Assembly: GCA_038087875.1 (NCBI GenBank)
Contig: JAXLNO010000446.1
Location: forward strand, 186,001-250,000
Origin: Malacoraja senta
Lineage: Eukaryota
DNA: 64,000 bases
Direction: 5' to 3'
Shown here: positions 63,060 through 64,000 of the stretch, one piece after another
How the letters are laid out: the number at the start of each line of letters is the position of its first letter
How positions within the stretch are numbered: position 1 is the first letter of the stretch
The notes under the pieces: generated by a model
Seen by the model: the letters and a program-made list of their open reading frames with translations, nothing else
Told to the model about the DNA's origin: nothing
Databases searched by the model: none
Position numbers and translations under genes: made by a program

Positions 63060-64000
63060 ACTTGACTAGCGGAGTTCCACAGGGGTCGTTGCTGGGGAAG
63101 TTACTCTTCACGATGAATGATTTGGATGAGGGATTTAAAGGCTCTGTGGCCAAGTTTGCAGATGATATGTAGATAGGTGGAGGGGCAGGTAGTGTAGAGA
63201 AAGCAGAGACTCTGCAGAAGGACTTGGGAGAGTGGGCAGAGAGTGGCAGATGGAATACAAGGTAGCAAAGTGGGAGAGTGTAGGACTAGAGGCCAAAGCC
63301 GCAGAATAAAAGGACATACCTTTAGAAAGGAGATGAGGACGAATTTCTTTAGTCAGAGGGTGGTGAATCTGTGGAACTCTTTGCCACAGAAGGCTGTGGA
63401 GGCCATGTCAGTGGATATTTTTAAGGCGGAGATTGACAGGTTCTTGATTAGTATGGGTTTCAGGGGTTATGGGACGAAGGCAGGAGAATGGGCTTAGGTG
63501 GGTGAGATAAATCAGCCATGATTGAATGGCAGACCAATTCCAAAAGACGTGGTCTACGTTTTTGGACCTATTACAAGCATGAGGTGCAATAGTAATTTAA
63601 AAAATAAATAAATAAAGAATGGTATCAGGACCTGGTAATGGGAGGTAAAACAATAAAAACAGACTTGGTCGGTGGTTCCCTTTCTGCGATTGTTCCTACT
63701 TTCTTTTTCTTTCTTTTCTAGGATCTGCTTTCTTACTTTACTTCCTTCTCTAACTTCTTTTCTAAGGGGCTTTCTTTTCACAACACTCTTTGGCACTTCA
63801 CGACTCTTGCGCACTTTCTTTACTTTTCTTACTTCTATCTTTCTCTTAAAGCTAAAAAAAAAAATGAAGCGGTATAAAAAATGTACTAAGATATAAGTGT
63901 TGTGTATTACTGTAAATTACCGTACTTCTAATAAAAATAATTAAAAAAAAAAAAAAAAAAATGATTGAATGGCAGAGTAGACGATGGGCCGAATGGCCTA
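63060..64000 (+). mobile_element. Decayed CR1 fragment interrupted by an L1 3' insertion
   Basis: TSGVPQGSLLG...AKFADD; FFSQRVVNLWNSLPQ; the 3' UTR resumes at 63961. Confidence 0.8.
63534..63960 (+). mobile_element. 5'-truncated L1-clade insertion with poly(A) and 16-bp TSD
   Basis: TSD atgattgaatggcaga at 63518-63533 and 63961-63976. Encodes DQFQKTWSTFLDLLQA*, homologous to DQFLTSWSPFIDFL of the L1 at 3406-7960. Confidence 0.9.

Overview
Eukaryotic, repeat-saturated intronic or intergenic DNA, inferred to be from a cartilaginous fish (skate/ray-like) because of its V-SINE/HE1-type SINEs and abundant HER1-like CR1 LINEs. No host protein-coding gene, RNA gene or CRISPR array is recognisable. 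The window holds two DIRS (tyrosine-recombinase) retrotransposons on the minus strand (1-3405, running off the window; 54080-61292, complete with ITRs and ICR). It also holds a decayed L1-type ORF2 (3406-7960), a short L1 3' insertion with a 16-bp TSD, and a Penelope-like element (RT + GIY-YIG) bracketed by inverted pseudo-LTRs with a hammerhead-like core. There are three long and many short CR1 copies, Rex/Babar, RTE and Vingi-like fragments, SINEs and several TE-derived minisatellites. Most notable: (i) a DIRS with wrecked ORFs but near-perfect replication signals, probably non-autonomous; (ii) small palindromic, TSD-flanked or tandemly amplified derivatives of the Penelope pLTR/hammerhead region; (iii) a dispersed repeat that reads as a decayed Ser/Arg-rich (SRRM-like) coding fragment; (iv) a ~500-bp fold-back element; (v) YLED in place of YLDD in both DIRS RTs. 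Family names come from motif recognition, not database searches, and boundaries of short fragments are approximate.
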